Shown here: piece after piece, positions 1-8,663 of the stretch
Position numbering within the stretch: position 1 is the first letter of the stretch
Layout of the letters: every line of letters begins with the position of its first letter
Assembly (NCBI GenBank): GCA_963841735.1
Contig: CAWJDT010000005.1
Coordinates: 32,001-96,000, forward strand
Reading direction: 5' to 3'
Length of the DNA: 64,000 nucleotides
From: an uncultured Actinomycetes bacterium
Lineage (GTDB): Bacteria; Actinomycetota; Thermoleophilia; RBG-16-64-13
The notes under the pieces: generated by a model
What the model was told of the DNA's origin: nothing
The model's database searches: none
Seen by the model: only the letters and a program-made list of their open reading frames with translations
Program-made: the position numbers and the translations under genes

Positions 1-121
1 TATCGAAGAACCCGTGAGGCGTCCGTGGGGCCACACAAGCGAGTAATCTGCGCCGGTCCCGTCAATACCGCTGTGTACGACCACCGTCTGCCATGATTCG
101 AAAATGCATGAAAGGCTTGTC

Positions 122-859
122 ATGAAAAGAGGCGTGTTAGGTTCTGTTGCCCTAGTGTCCATGTTGGTGTTCTCATTCATCTTCCTCACTGCCCCGACCC
201 TGGCCGAATCAGAGTACAGCTGGTTCGAGATCACTGCTCCAATCGAGGGCTCAGCCTTTGCCCTTGGGCAACCAGTCACCATCCAATGGACAGGTGGAGA
301 TCCGTCATGGACAGTGGATGTGCAACTGTGTGATGTGACCATGTGGACAGTAGCCGCACAGGCGGCGTGGAGCGTCCCCAACAACGGCTCGTTCGAATGG
401 ACGTTCCCAACGGCCATGCCGGAGTACCTGGGAGGCCCCGACGGGCATGTATACCAGTTCTACGTTCAGAACGTCCAGCGAACCATGTGGACTTACGGTC
501 CGTGTTTCACTATCTCCAGCGGAACGTCGGTCGCTATCGACATCAAGCCGGGCAGCGCAACGAATAGCATCAATCTAAAGAGCAAGGGCAGGACCCCCGT
601 GGCCATCCTGACGAACGACTCCTTTGATGCCGCCACAGTGGACCCGACAACAGTACGGTTCGGCGCAACTGGCACCGAGGCCGCCCCGGTACACTCTGCC
701 CTGGAGGATGTCGATGGAGACGGAGACATCGACATGATCCTCCACTTCGACACCCAGGATACTGGCATCCAGGCTGGAGACACCTGTGCCTATCTCAAGG
801 GGACAACCTCTGGTGGGCAGTCGATTGAGGGATCCGACTCCGTTAGGACACTGGGGTAA
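122..859 (+). CDS. Secreted protein with Ig-like N-terminal domain and C-terminal 'IDIKPG...DVDGDGDIDMILHF' Ca-binding-like domain
   Basis: Signal peptide MKRGVLG...TLA; 'TIQWTGG', 'NNGSFEWT' Ig-like pattern; DxDGDGDxD motif. Confidence 0.7.
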   Translation: MKRGVLGSVALVSMLVFSFIFLTAPTLAESEYSWFEITAPIEGSAFALGQPVTIQWTGGDPSWTVDVQLCDVTMWTVAAQAAWSVPNNGSFEWTFPTAMPEYLGGPDGHVYQFYVQNVQRTMWTYGPCFTISSGTSVAIDIKPGSATNSINLKSKGRTPVAILTNDSFDAATVDPTTVRFGATGTEAAPVHSALEDVDGDGDIDMILHFDTQDTGIQAGDTCAYLKGTTSGGQSIEGSDSVRTLG

Positions 860-914
860 CAGACAGACGGTTGCCGTCGGCCACGAACCTGCCGACGTCA
901 GGTCGCAAACACAT

Positions 915-942
915 GCAGCCGACGCGCTCGGGCGTCGGCTGC
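915..942. terminator. Perfect 11-bp hairpin GCAGCCGACGC-N6-GCGTCGGCTGC
   Basis: Inverted repeat read directly; lies between convergent genes at the lepA break point. Confidence 0.6.
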
Positions 943-945
943 CCC

Positions 946-1206
946 CTCGTAGGTGAAGTCCACGTGGCCCGGGGTGTCGATGAGGTTGAACTGGTATTCC
1001 TGGCCGTCTTCGGCGTGGTAGTAGATGCGGACGGCCTGGGCCTTGATGGTGATGCCCCGCTCGCGCTCCAGGTCCATGCGGTCGAGCACCTGCTCGCGCA
1101 TGTCGCGCTCGGCGACGGTGTTGGTCATCTGTAGGATGCGGTCGGCCAGCGTCGACTTCCCGTGGTCGATGTGGGCGATGATGCTGAAGTTGCGGATGTC
1201 ACTCAC
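946..1206 (-). pseudogene. lepA: Elongation factor 4 (LepA), 5' fragment only (~87 codons)
   Basis: [20 protein letters not shown]...[11 protein letters not shown]...[14 protein letters not shown]; similarity stops where VSRSL should follow. Confidence 0.92.
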
Positions 1207-1407
1207 TTCCTCGATGCCGTCGAGACCGCGCTGGCCGCTGCAGTCGACAGCCCAGCAGCCTTTCCGATAGAGCTGGGCGAGACACGCAAGCGCGTCGTCA
1301 GCCGATTCCCGTACTCGATCTTGTACTGGTTCGATGATTCGGCAGTCCATGTCTCGGCTATCGCGCACCACAGACAGCGCCCCGGCTACTGGGGCGAGGG
1401 CGGGTAG
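1207..1407 (+). pseudogene. RelE/ParE-family toxin, N-terminally truncated
   Basis: FLDAVE...[14 protein letters not shown]...[14 protein letters not shown] is the ParE-type C-terminal signature; no own start codon or antitoxin. Confidence 0.75.
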
Positions 1408-1416
1408 GCGCCGGGT

Positions 1417-1520
1417 GCCTAACAAGGGCATGGAGTAGGACGTCAGAAGGCACGCCCCACCAAAGAATCGCACTCTGCAGCTGCGTGCTCGCCCTGACCG
1501 TCCGTTCCATCCGGTTGTCA
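1417..1520 (+). mobile_element. Degenerate integron attC-like recombination site
   Basis: GCCTAAC (RYYYAAC) 9 bp after the parE stop, imperfect inverted arms, ending in GTT at 1514. Confidence 0.45.
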
Positions 1521-1567
1521 ATTGCCAACTCACTGACTACGGCGTAGAGTTGACGGAGGCAGCGGCC

Positions 1568-1804
1568 TTGGCTAGGAACAGACACCCGAACCCGCGCATA
1601 GAGGCGGCGTCCAGTACGCCGAACATCGCGGGTGGCGCGTGGAACCATCAGGCAGAAGCTCTCACGCTTGGGGGCGGCTCTACTGCCCACACGAAGATCA
1701 TGCGGAGCAGTGCCGGTGCGGCGAGTTCTGCATCACCAGCATCAGCGGCACGCCGAGGAATCCGGAGACTCACGCGAGAGGAGATCCGGGCACTGCTGGC
1801 CTAG
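1568..1804 (+). pseudogene. Small HicA-like/Cys-containing protein, frameshifted
   Basis: GGAGG RBS + TTG; joined frames read MARNRHPNPRIEAA/QYAEHRGWRVEPSGRSSHAWGRLYCP...SISGTPRNPETHAR. Confidence 0.5.
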
Positions 1805-1866
1805 AATGGGTGCCGATGCGTACCTCGCGCCGCGTCTTGAGTTCATCGTGAGTCACCTGCACCGTG

Positions 1867-3159
1867 TTACTTGAGCGCGTAGATGTACCCATCCCCGCAG
1901 CTCACGTAGAGGACCCCGTCCAGCGGAACCGGCTCACCGCAGGCTTCAGAGCCTGCCTTCGCCACCCACTTCTGCTTCCCGGTGACGCCATCGACCGCGT
2001 ACACGGAGCCGTGGATTCCGCCGATGTACACGACACCAGCCGAGACAACCGGCGAGGACCAGAGGCCCTCCTCGGCGGGTTTGAACTCCCACTTCTTCTT
2101 GCCGGTCGCTGCATCGATCGCCAAGAGACGGCTCTGGACGACGTACACCACCCCGTTCCACACAGCGGGAGTGATTGTCGTCCAGGCCTGGTCGTCTATC
2201 TTGAGTTTCCACTTCTCTTCGCCGGCGGCGGTGTCGAGCGCGTGCACAACGCCATCGTCTGTTACAAAGTAGACGGCACCACCCACGATCGCGGGGGAGG
2301 CTCCCTGGGCCAGGTACCGGTCATTCAGGCCCACCTTCCAGACCTCGCGACCGCCGCCGAGGTCCACAGCCCGGAACACGGCAGGCCCCGCGCCGAAACA
2401 CCCCAAGTCGCCTGAGATGGCGAAATCACTCTCTATGCCTGCTCCCTCGAGTTTCCATTTCTCGCTACCAGTCTGCGGGTCGACGGCATGAAGACAGCCG
2501 TCTGTGGTTCCATAGTAGAGGGTGCCGTTGTAGACGACGGGCGAGGCGCAGAGCGTGTCGAATTCCCTTATCCTCCACCTCTCCACACCCGTGCTTGCGT
2601 CGATGGCGTACAAAAATCCGATCGTGTCGTAGCAATAGATGCTCCCGCCGGCGATGGTCGGAGAACCACCGACTTCAAAATCGGCTTGGTACTTCCACCT
2701 CTCCTCGCCGGTGGCGACATCTACAGCGTAGAGATACTTCGAGCCGGCGAAGTAGGCCGTTCCTCCCCAGATGGTGGGGGGATCGCCAGGCAGATCGAGG
2801 ATGGTATCGCCCCACTTGACCTTCCATAGGATCTGGGGCTCATCTGCGGGGCCCGGCCCCACGTATACCCCAGAGCGCGCGAGGTCGCCTCGCTCGTACA
2901 CGATGTTCGATGATTGCTCGACCGTGGTGGAGGTCGAGTTCGTTGTTGGGGAGACGGCGGCTCCAGTGGTTGAAGTCACCGCCGCCGTCGAAGTCACCAC
3001 GGTTGTCGCCGAGAGGGCCGTGGAGGTGGCCCCGCCGGCGCCTTCTTCTCCCCCGCACGCGGCCGCCACGAAGCCGACGGCTGCAAGAAGGAAAACTGCG
3101 AGCACTGCGAGGCACACAAGAGGCCGGGTCGCGGACAGGCGGGCAAAAACGGGCTTCAT
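1867..3159 (-). CDS. PQQ-like beta-propeller repeat lipoprotein (BamB-like)
   Basis: Lipobox AAAC, Thr-rich linker, repeated 'LYAVDxxTGEERWK' blades. Confidence 0.9.
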   Translation of the reverse strand: MKPVFARLSATRPLVCLAVLAVFLLAAVGFVAAACGGEEGAGGATSTALSATTVVTSTAAVTSTTGAAVSPTTNSTSTTVEQSSNIVYERGDLARSGVYVGPGPADEPQILWKVKWGDTILDLPGDPPTIWGGTAYFAGSKYLYAVDVATGEERWKYQADFEVGGSPTIAGGSIYCYDTIGFLYAIDASTGVERWRIREFDTLCASPVVYNGTLYYGTTDGCLHAVDPQTGSEKWKLEGAGIESDFAISGDLGCFGAGPAVFRAVDLGGGREVWKVGLNDRYLAQGASPAIVGGAVYFVTDDGVVHALDTAAGEEKWKLKIDDQAWTTITPAVWNGVVYVVQSRLLAIDAATGKKKWEFKPAEEGLWSSPVVSAGVVYIGGIHGSVYAVDGVTGKQKWVAKAGSEACGEPVPLDGVLYVSCGDGYIYALK

Positions 3160-3459
3160 CTCACCGGCACCTCCTGACGGGCAACACTGGCCCCCGATGA
3201 ACCAAGAAACGCGCTCGAGGAATGGCCTCAGTATAGCTCTGCGGGCTCGGCAGGCATGATTGGCCGCTGGAGTGTGGAAAGCAGCCGATAGCGCCTTTGG
3301 GCCGGCGGTGGTCGGCGCCCGGAGCGGAGGGGGAATGTAAGTTCAACTTTGAAGCGCACCGATGAGATGAATGACGAAGCAGCAGAAAGGCGTTACTCAG
3401 ACATCTACCTAGGACTAAGATGAGGACCAGACCAGAACCAGACCGAGAGGAGACAAGAC

Positions 3460-4038
3460 ATGCCGAACGCGGTTTTCGATCCAGGCAAGATCAAGTCGCC
3501 CTATGGAGTCTTGGCCGCCTTTCTCCTCGTGCTGCAGGCGATTCTTATCTATTGGCTGGCAGTAGCCGGCTCGCCCTGGGAGCGCATAGCCGCTGGGGTA
3601 GTACTCACGGCAAACGCCGCCTTCTTCTTCGTTGCGACGCTCAAGGTCGCACGCATGCCGGTAAGCGAGGTCAGCACAGATATTGAGCTCGCCCGCAAGC
3701 TCTGTGGCCGCTGGGTCTACTCATCGGAGGCCGCCTCGGGAGAAACCGCTTCCGGCGAATGCACCATCTCTCTGCGAGGGGGCGAGCTCAACCTATCGGG
3801 CACGTATCGACTGGATGGCGCTCTAGTGGGGACGTGGATCGCGGAAATGACACGACTCAGAGAGAGCCGAATACTCTTCTACTACATGCTTCGCGAAACA
3901 ACCGCGGGGCACGGCCTCACAGATGCGGTCTCCGTCCTGTTGTTCGATCCGGAGAACCTTAGCGAGATGCTTGGTGACTGGATCGTTGTGGGCAAGGAGA
4001 AGCGTCAAGGCAGCGTGCGGTTCAGCAGGACTCCCTAG
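3460..4038 (+). CDS. Two-TM membrane protein with C-terminal beta-rich domain (possible Cap15/S-2TMbeta-like)
   Basis: GAGGAG RBS; two hydrophobic helices then 'LCGRWVYSS...MLGDW...GSVRFSR'. Confidence 0.6.
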   Translation: MPNAVFDPGKIKSPYGVLAAFLLVLQAILIYWLAVAGSPWERIAAGVVLTANAAFFFVATLKVARMPVSEVSTDIELARKLCGRWVYSSEAASGETASGECTISLRGGELNLSGTYRLDGALVGTWIAEMTRLRESRILFYYMLRETTAGHGLTDAVSVLLFDPENLSEMLGDWIVVGKEKRQGSVRFSRTP

Positions 4039-4254
4039 CCCGGCGGGGGGCGAAGCGACCCCTCCTACAGTAAGCGGACCGTGGTTCCCAGTCTGGAAGC
4101 GCATGCCCACGTCGGAACACTCGCCGGGTCACGGCATCCCGGTGGCCTGCGAATGCTTCGAGGCCGTACTAGGCGGCGATTACACCACGGAGTAGCATGG
4201 GGCCAGTCATGCAGACTGCGTATTGACTGCCGGGCGCAAGGAGGCGACGGGCAA

Positions 4255-4923
4255 ATGGGAGACATCCATATCGCCGTTTGGAAAGGGGACATCGAGGAGG
4301 TCGAGGAACTCCTGCGGCAAGATCCCAGCTCAGTGTCTGACAAGGACGACCTTGGAAGAGAGCCACTACACGAATCCGCGTTGAGAAACTCAGAAGAGAT
4401 CACCAAGCTGCTGCTTGAGCACGGTGCTAATCCGAACGCAAGGGACGAGCACGACAGAACACCGCTGATTGAAGCTGCATCGACAGGCTCTTGTGAAGTC
4501 ATCGAACTGCTGAAGGACGCTGGTGCCAATCTGGCGGCCAAGGATAACCAGGAGGGACGGACCGCGCTGTTGTGGGCTGCCTATCACCTCCAACCTGGGG
4601 CAATCAGATCGCTGATCGCCAAGGGAGCGGATAAGGACGCAACCGACGAGGGCGGCCTGAATCTTCTTCACCTAATGGCGGTTTCGCCAGGGTTGGAGGC
4701 CCAAGACGAGACATCCGGGAGTAGCATCTATGTTGAGCAACTGGACAGCGCCCTGGAAGTAATTGGTGAGACGGCGATGGCAAGAATGTTGGCCAAACCG
4801 ACCAGCGATGGTAACGGAGCTGACTATCTCTTGCGGAAACGCGGTGTGTCATTTGTCCATGGCTACACACAGATCCGAGGAGGCAAAGCGGTGCCCATAC
4901 GGGCCCATTTCCGCAGGAAGTAG
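4255..4923 (+). CDS. Ankyrin-repeat protein
   Basis: AAGGAGG RBS; repeats GREPLHESA, LLLEHGANPNARD, RTPLIEAA, GRTALLWAA. Confidence 0.88.
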   Translation: MGDIHIAVWKGDIEEVEELLRQDPSSVSDKDDLGREPLHESALRNSEEITKLLLEHGANPNARDEHDRTPLIEAASTGSCEVIELLKDAGANLAAKDNQEGRTALLWAAYHLQPGAIRSLIAKGADKDATDEGGLNLLHLMAVSPGLEAQDETSGSSIYVEQLDSALEVIGETAMARMLAKPTSDGNGADYLLRKRGVSFVHGYTQIRGGKAVPIRAHFRRK

Positions 4924-4999
4924 GGCCCAAATTTCGGCGCGAAGCCCTCGCCGATCCCTAGACCATCTACGAGCAAGCGCGCTTGACCAATTGTTGCTC

Positions 5000-6058
5000 T
5001 CACCGTCTGTCTTCGGGACTCCTTGTGCTTGTGCTCGCCGCAGAAGGGTTGGTCTGGGCAAACAGCCAGTCCCTTATCCCCTCTATCGAGTAGGCTTTGT
5101 CGAAGGTGCTCATGTGATCTCCGTTGGTGAGCACCGTGTACTTGACGTTGCTTCCCTGGGCAAGCATCTGGCTCACGTCGGTGGCGAATTCCGCAGCGGT
5201 TGAATCTCGAGACCAGGTGCCCGAACTGACTGTTGCGCCCGCATCCTTGAGCGTCTGCGTGATGGCGTTCATGCCCGGATAGGCCTTGCGATCACCTTCG
5301 GAAACGACTATCCAGAGATTATCACCGACCATTGGTGTCACCAGAGTCGCGTCCCACTGGCAACCTACCAGTAGCGAGGCCGCGAACATGCCCGGGTACT
5401 TGATGTCCATCGCGATCGACATCATGCCCCCCATGGACTGCCCCGTGTTATAGATCCTGTTGGGGTCGACGCTGTACTGGGTTTCGATGTACTTGACCAA
5501 GTCGACGGTTATGTCCAGGTACTCCGTGGCCTCGGAGGAGTCGTTGACCACCGGGGTCCCCGTGTCGTACTGAGGAACGACCACGATACATTCGTGCTTG
5601 GCCTGTTCGGCGGGCGTCGCCCAGATGGTGGCGCCGTAGGCCGAGGTCAAGGTCTTCGTCGGATCAGAGCCTATGAGACTCGAATCGCCCATGAACAGTA
5701 CCAGCGGGTATGATCTGGAGGCGTCGTAGCCGGCGGGCACGTAGATGCTGTACATAAGCGTCTCGTTGTTGTAGGCAGAATCCGTGAATGTCGCTTGCTG
5801 GTAGCTGGCGATCACCGCGTCCATATCGACGCTTGCCGCCGCGCTGGTGCCGTCCGTCGTGGAGGCGGCGTCGTCACCACTCGTGGTAAAGGTAGTGCTC
5901 TCTATGGGGCCGGTGGGCTCGATCGTGTTCTCGTCCTGCACGGTGGTTGCCGTCTGCGATCCTCCGCAGGCAGCCGTCAATTTGACTGCGAACGATAGCA
6001 CGGCCAGGAATGGCAGAGGTAAGGCAACGGCAGGAAGCCACGGCGGGTGGTGCTCCAT
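5000..6058 (-). CDS. Lipoprotein alpha/beta hydrolase (predicted peptidase/esterase, COG4099-like)
   Basis: Lipobox AAC, 'YPLVLFM', 'VDPNRIYNTGQSMGG' nucleophile elbow; start uncertain. Confidence 0.85.
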   Translation of the reverse strand: MEHHPPWLPAVALPLPFLAVLSFAVKLTAACGGSQTATTVQDENTIEPTGPIESTTFTTSGDDAASTTDGTSAAASVDMDAVIASYQQATFTDSAYNNETLMYSIYVPAGYDASRSYPLVLFMGDSSLIGSDPTKTLTSAYGATIWATPAEQAKHECIVVVPQYDTGTPVVNDSSEATEYLDITVDLVKYIETQYSVDPNRIYNTGQSMGGMMSIAMDIKYPGMFAASLLVGCQWDATLVTPMVGDNLWIVVSEGDRKAYPGMNAITQTLKDAGATVSSGTWSRDSTAAEFATDVSQMLAQGSNVKYTVLTNGDHMSTFDKAYSIEGIRDWLFAQTNPSAASTSTRSPEDRR

Positions 6059-6154
6059 TTTCGATGGTATTGTGCGTCTCCACAAGCAGGCGCGAATCGC
6101 GCTCATTGCAGCGAGTCCGACCGTGCCGAGGGGCCAGACGACAGGAGCACAAGA

Positions 6155-6979
6155 ATGCCGGACATCATCATCGACGAAGCGCTCTGCACCCGCTGCGACA
6201 TCTGCGGCGCGAACTGCATCATGGGCAGAATCGAAAGAGCTACGGATTCAAGCTTTCCCACCATTCGCGAAGGCTTTGAGGCCAGATGCATGAGGTGCGG
6301 GCATTGTGAGTCCTTTTGCCCACAGCGAGCGCTGACACTGGACTTTCTGCCCAAAGAGAAGCTCCTTGCCAAGCCCCAAGACGGTCAAATCGACGCGGAG
6401 CGACTTTCTCTATACATGAAGCAGCGCCGCTCGGTGCGGCACTTTACGGCGCGGCCGGTTTCCAAGGAACTCATCGCTGAGGTCATCGACGTGGCCCGGT
6501 ACGCCGCCTCGGGCGGAAACAGTCAGCCGGTGGAATGGCTCGTGATTCTGGATCCTGCCCAGGTCAAGCGCATATCCGGGCTCACCATCGATTGGATGCG
6601 CACAATCCTAGACACGCCCCATCCGCTTGCGGCCTATGTCCCGGCGCTCATTGGCATGTGGGATGGCGGCGTGGATCCTATCTGCTATGACGCTCCCCAT
6701 CTTGTGTTCACGCATCTGCCGCGCACTGAGCACCATGACGACCCCACCGACGCCATCATCGCCATGACGTACTTCGATGTGGCCGCGCCTTCGTTTGGCA
6801 TCGGCACCTGCTGGGCCGGCTTCGTCAAGCTGGCCGTGGACGCGTACCAGCCCCTGCAAGATGCACTTGCTTTGCCACAAGGGCGCAAAGCCGCCACCGC
6901 GATGATGCTCGGCTACCCGCGCTACGCGGTAACCTCTATCCCACGCCGCAACCCGGCGAGTGTCACGTGGCGCATATGA
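6155..6979 (+). CDS. Nitroreductase family protein with N-terminal 4Fe-4S ferredoxin domain
   Basis: CxxCxxCxxxC and CxxCxxCxxxCP; RRSVRHF; ASGGNSQP; GIGTCW. Confidence 0.92.
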   Translation: MPDIIIDEALCTRCDICGANCIMGRIERATDSSFPTIREGFEARCMRCGHCESFCPQRALTLDFLPKEKLLAKPQDGQIDAERLSLYMKQRRSVRHFTARPVSKELIAEVIDVARYAASGGNSQPVEWLVILDPAQVKRISGLTIDWMRTILDTPHPLAAYVPALIGMWDGGVDPICYDAPHLVFTHLPRTEHHDDPTDAIIAMTYFDVAAPSFGIGTCWAGFVKLAVDAYQPLQDALALPQGRKAATAMMLGYPRYAVTSIPRRNPASVTWRI

Positions 6980-7575
6980 CGCGTCGGTGCCTTTGCCGCC
7001 TGTCCGCGGGCGGCGCTGCTCTTGCCCTCGCTCTGGCGGTTCTGACCCTTTCGGCCTGCGGCGAAAACCTGCCTGGCGCCACCTCCACCAGTGAAACCCA
7101 GACGCCCCCTACCACCGCCGGTAGATCTACTCCAATCACGGCACCCACCACCACGGCCCCGGCCCTCCCGGCCACTGTCAGAGACGAGAGCTGGAACCTG
7201 GAATTCACCATCGAACTTGCCGTACCCGACACATACTCTTTCGGCGGCTTTGGCAACCTGCTCTTGCACATCGACGGCGACAAAGTGCGCGCCACCGGGG
7301 TCATCACAATCGGAGACAGCACCTACAGTGAGTTCGTGTTCGACGGGGTGCTCGACGGCGGTCTGTTCACTCTGCTGACTACGGAGTTCCCGGTCGAGCC
7401 CGGCTATGGCGATGATGTGGGCACGGAGGGCGTCACCCTGGTCTTGCCTCCCTTTGCGTTCACAGGCGACACAGCGCGGGCCACGGGCGGTCTTGTAATC
7501 GTCACAAAGCCCTGGGCGCCGACAAAATCGGGGACTTTCACCATCGTCCTATGTAGAGGCACCCAGAACCGATAA
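6976..7575 (+). CDS. Hypothetical lipoprotein
   Basis: ATGA overlap with nitroreductase stop; lipobox LSAC; Thr/Pro linker. Confidence 0.7.
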   Translation: MTRRCLCRLSAGGAALALALAVLTLSACGENLPGATSTSETQTPPTTAGRSTPITAPTTTAPALPATVRDESWNLEFTIELAVPDTYSFGGFGNLLLHIDGDKVRATGVITIGDSTYSEFVFDGVLDGGLFTLLTTEFPVEPGYGDDVGTEGVTLVLPPFAFTGDTARATGGLVIVTKPWAPTKSGTFTIVLCRGTQNR

Positions 7576-7672
7576 TCGCGACCGCAGAGATGAGCACGAG
7601 TTCCACTGGACACCCGCACCGGCAAGTAATAGAGTCCCTACTGTGACTATCACACCCGTGGTGGGAGGATCG

Positions 7673-8488
7673 ATGAAGCTGGGACTCTTTGGCTGTCTGA
7701 GCGCTTGTCTGTGCATCATGGCCGCCTCTTGCAGTTCCCTAGAAACCAACGAGAACACAGTTACGAACGCGCAAGACACGGTCAGCGCCATCGCCAACGT
7801 GCAACCTTCAGGAATACCCGACCACTTTGTTCCTGATGAACCGGCGCATATTGCCAGGGCTGCGGGCGACTGGGATGTCAACGCATACTTGGGCGCGCTT
7901 ACCCACCTATCGGTGGAGCCTGGCTACATCATCGACTACTTCTACATGTTCGAAGGCGGGGGCGGACACCCGTTCGTCTACGCACGGCCGGCAGACAAAT
8001 CACCGTACGCTTCCTTCGAGGAGTATCTGGCAAACGTTCCCAGTGACGCTCCAGACTCGGCCGGTGAGACCGAATACGCGAATGAGTACCTGGATCACAT
8101 CAAGATAGACGATACGCGCGAGGGCTACTTCGAATTCGTCGCGCTCAGGCTCATGGACGATCAGTTCTACCAGTACTGGCACGCGGCATACAACGACGCG
8201 ACCATCGTCTGCGACGCTGACGGTCTGCAGCGGACGCTCTCGGCCGCCGATAGTGCTTTCGAAGGCAGCGGCGTTCCCGGCAGCGTGCGTAGGGCGGCCG
8301 CCAAGATAGACCTCGCCCCCACTGTCGAGTTCCTCGACGAGGCAACAGCACTGGTAAGGTTAGTGATCTTCAGCAAGTGGGGCGGTTTCGCAGAACTCCG
8401 GTACACCATAAGTCGGGACTTTCCGCATTCGATAATCAACTCCGAAACGCAAATGCTGGTGGAATACGATTGCGGCGCGTCGTTTTGA
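7673..8488 (+). CDS. Hypothetical acidic lipoprotein
   Basis: GGAGG RBS; signal peptide with AASC; long protein-like ORF. Confidence 0.75.
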   Translation: MKLGLFGCLSACLCIMAASCSSLETNENTVTNAQDTVSAIANVQPSGIPDHFVPDEPAHIARAAGDWDVNAYLGALTHLSVEPGYIIDYFYMFEGGGGHPFVYARPADKSPYASFEEYLANVPSDAPDSAGETEYANEYLDHIKIDDTREGYFEFVALRLMDDQFYQYWHAAYNDATIVCDADGLQRTLSAADSAFEGSGVPGSVRRAAAKIDLAPTVEFLDEATALVRLVIFSKWGGFAELRYTISRDFPHSIINSETQMLVEYDCGASF

Positions 8489-8663
8489 TAGGAAAGCCCG
8501 CGGAAACACGAACTCCACCCCGAAACGCGCGAGAAACACTAGGCTTCCCTAAGCGCCAAAGACCTGAGACAATATATCGGTAACTGTTCCACTCGGGGTC
8601 GTGGACTCCGAGGTTTGAAGACAGCAAACTTAGAAAGCAGCCGTCACGAAAGGGAGAACGAAC

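Noticed and set aside
898-1533. 211-aa ORF as a LepA fusion protein
   Set aside because: Only 946-1206 resembles LepA; the rest is antisense parE and attC-like sequence
3320-3335. GCGGAGGGGGA resembling the reverse complement of a tRNA-Ser 3' end (att site)
   Set aside because: Match too short; no T-loop sequence follows
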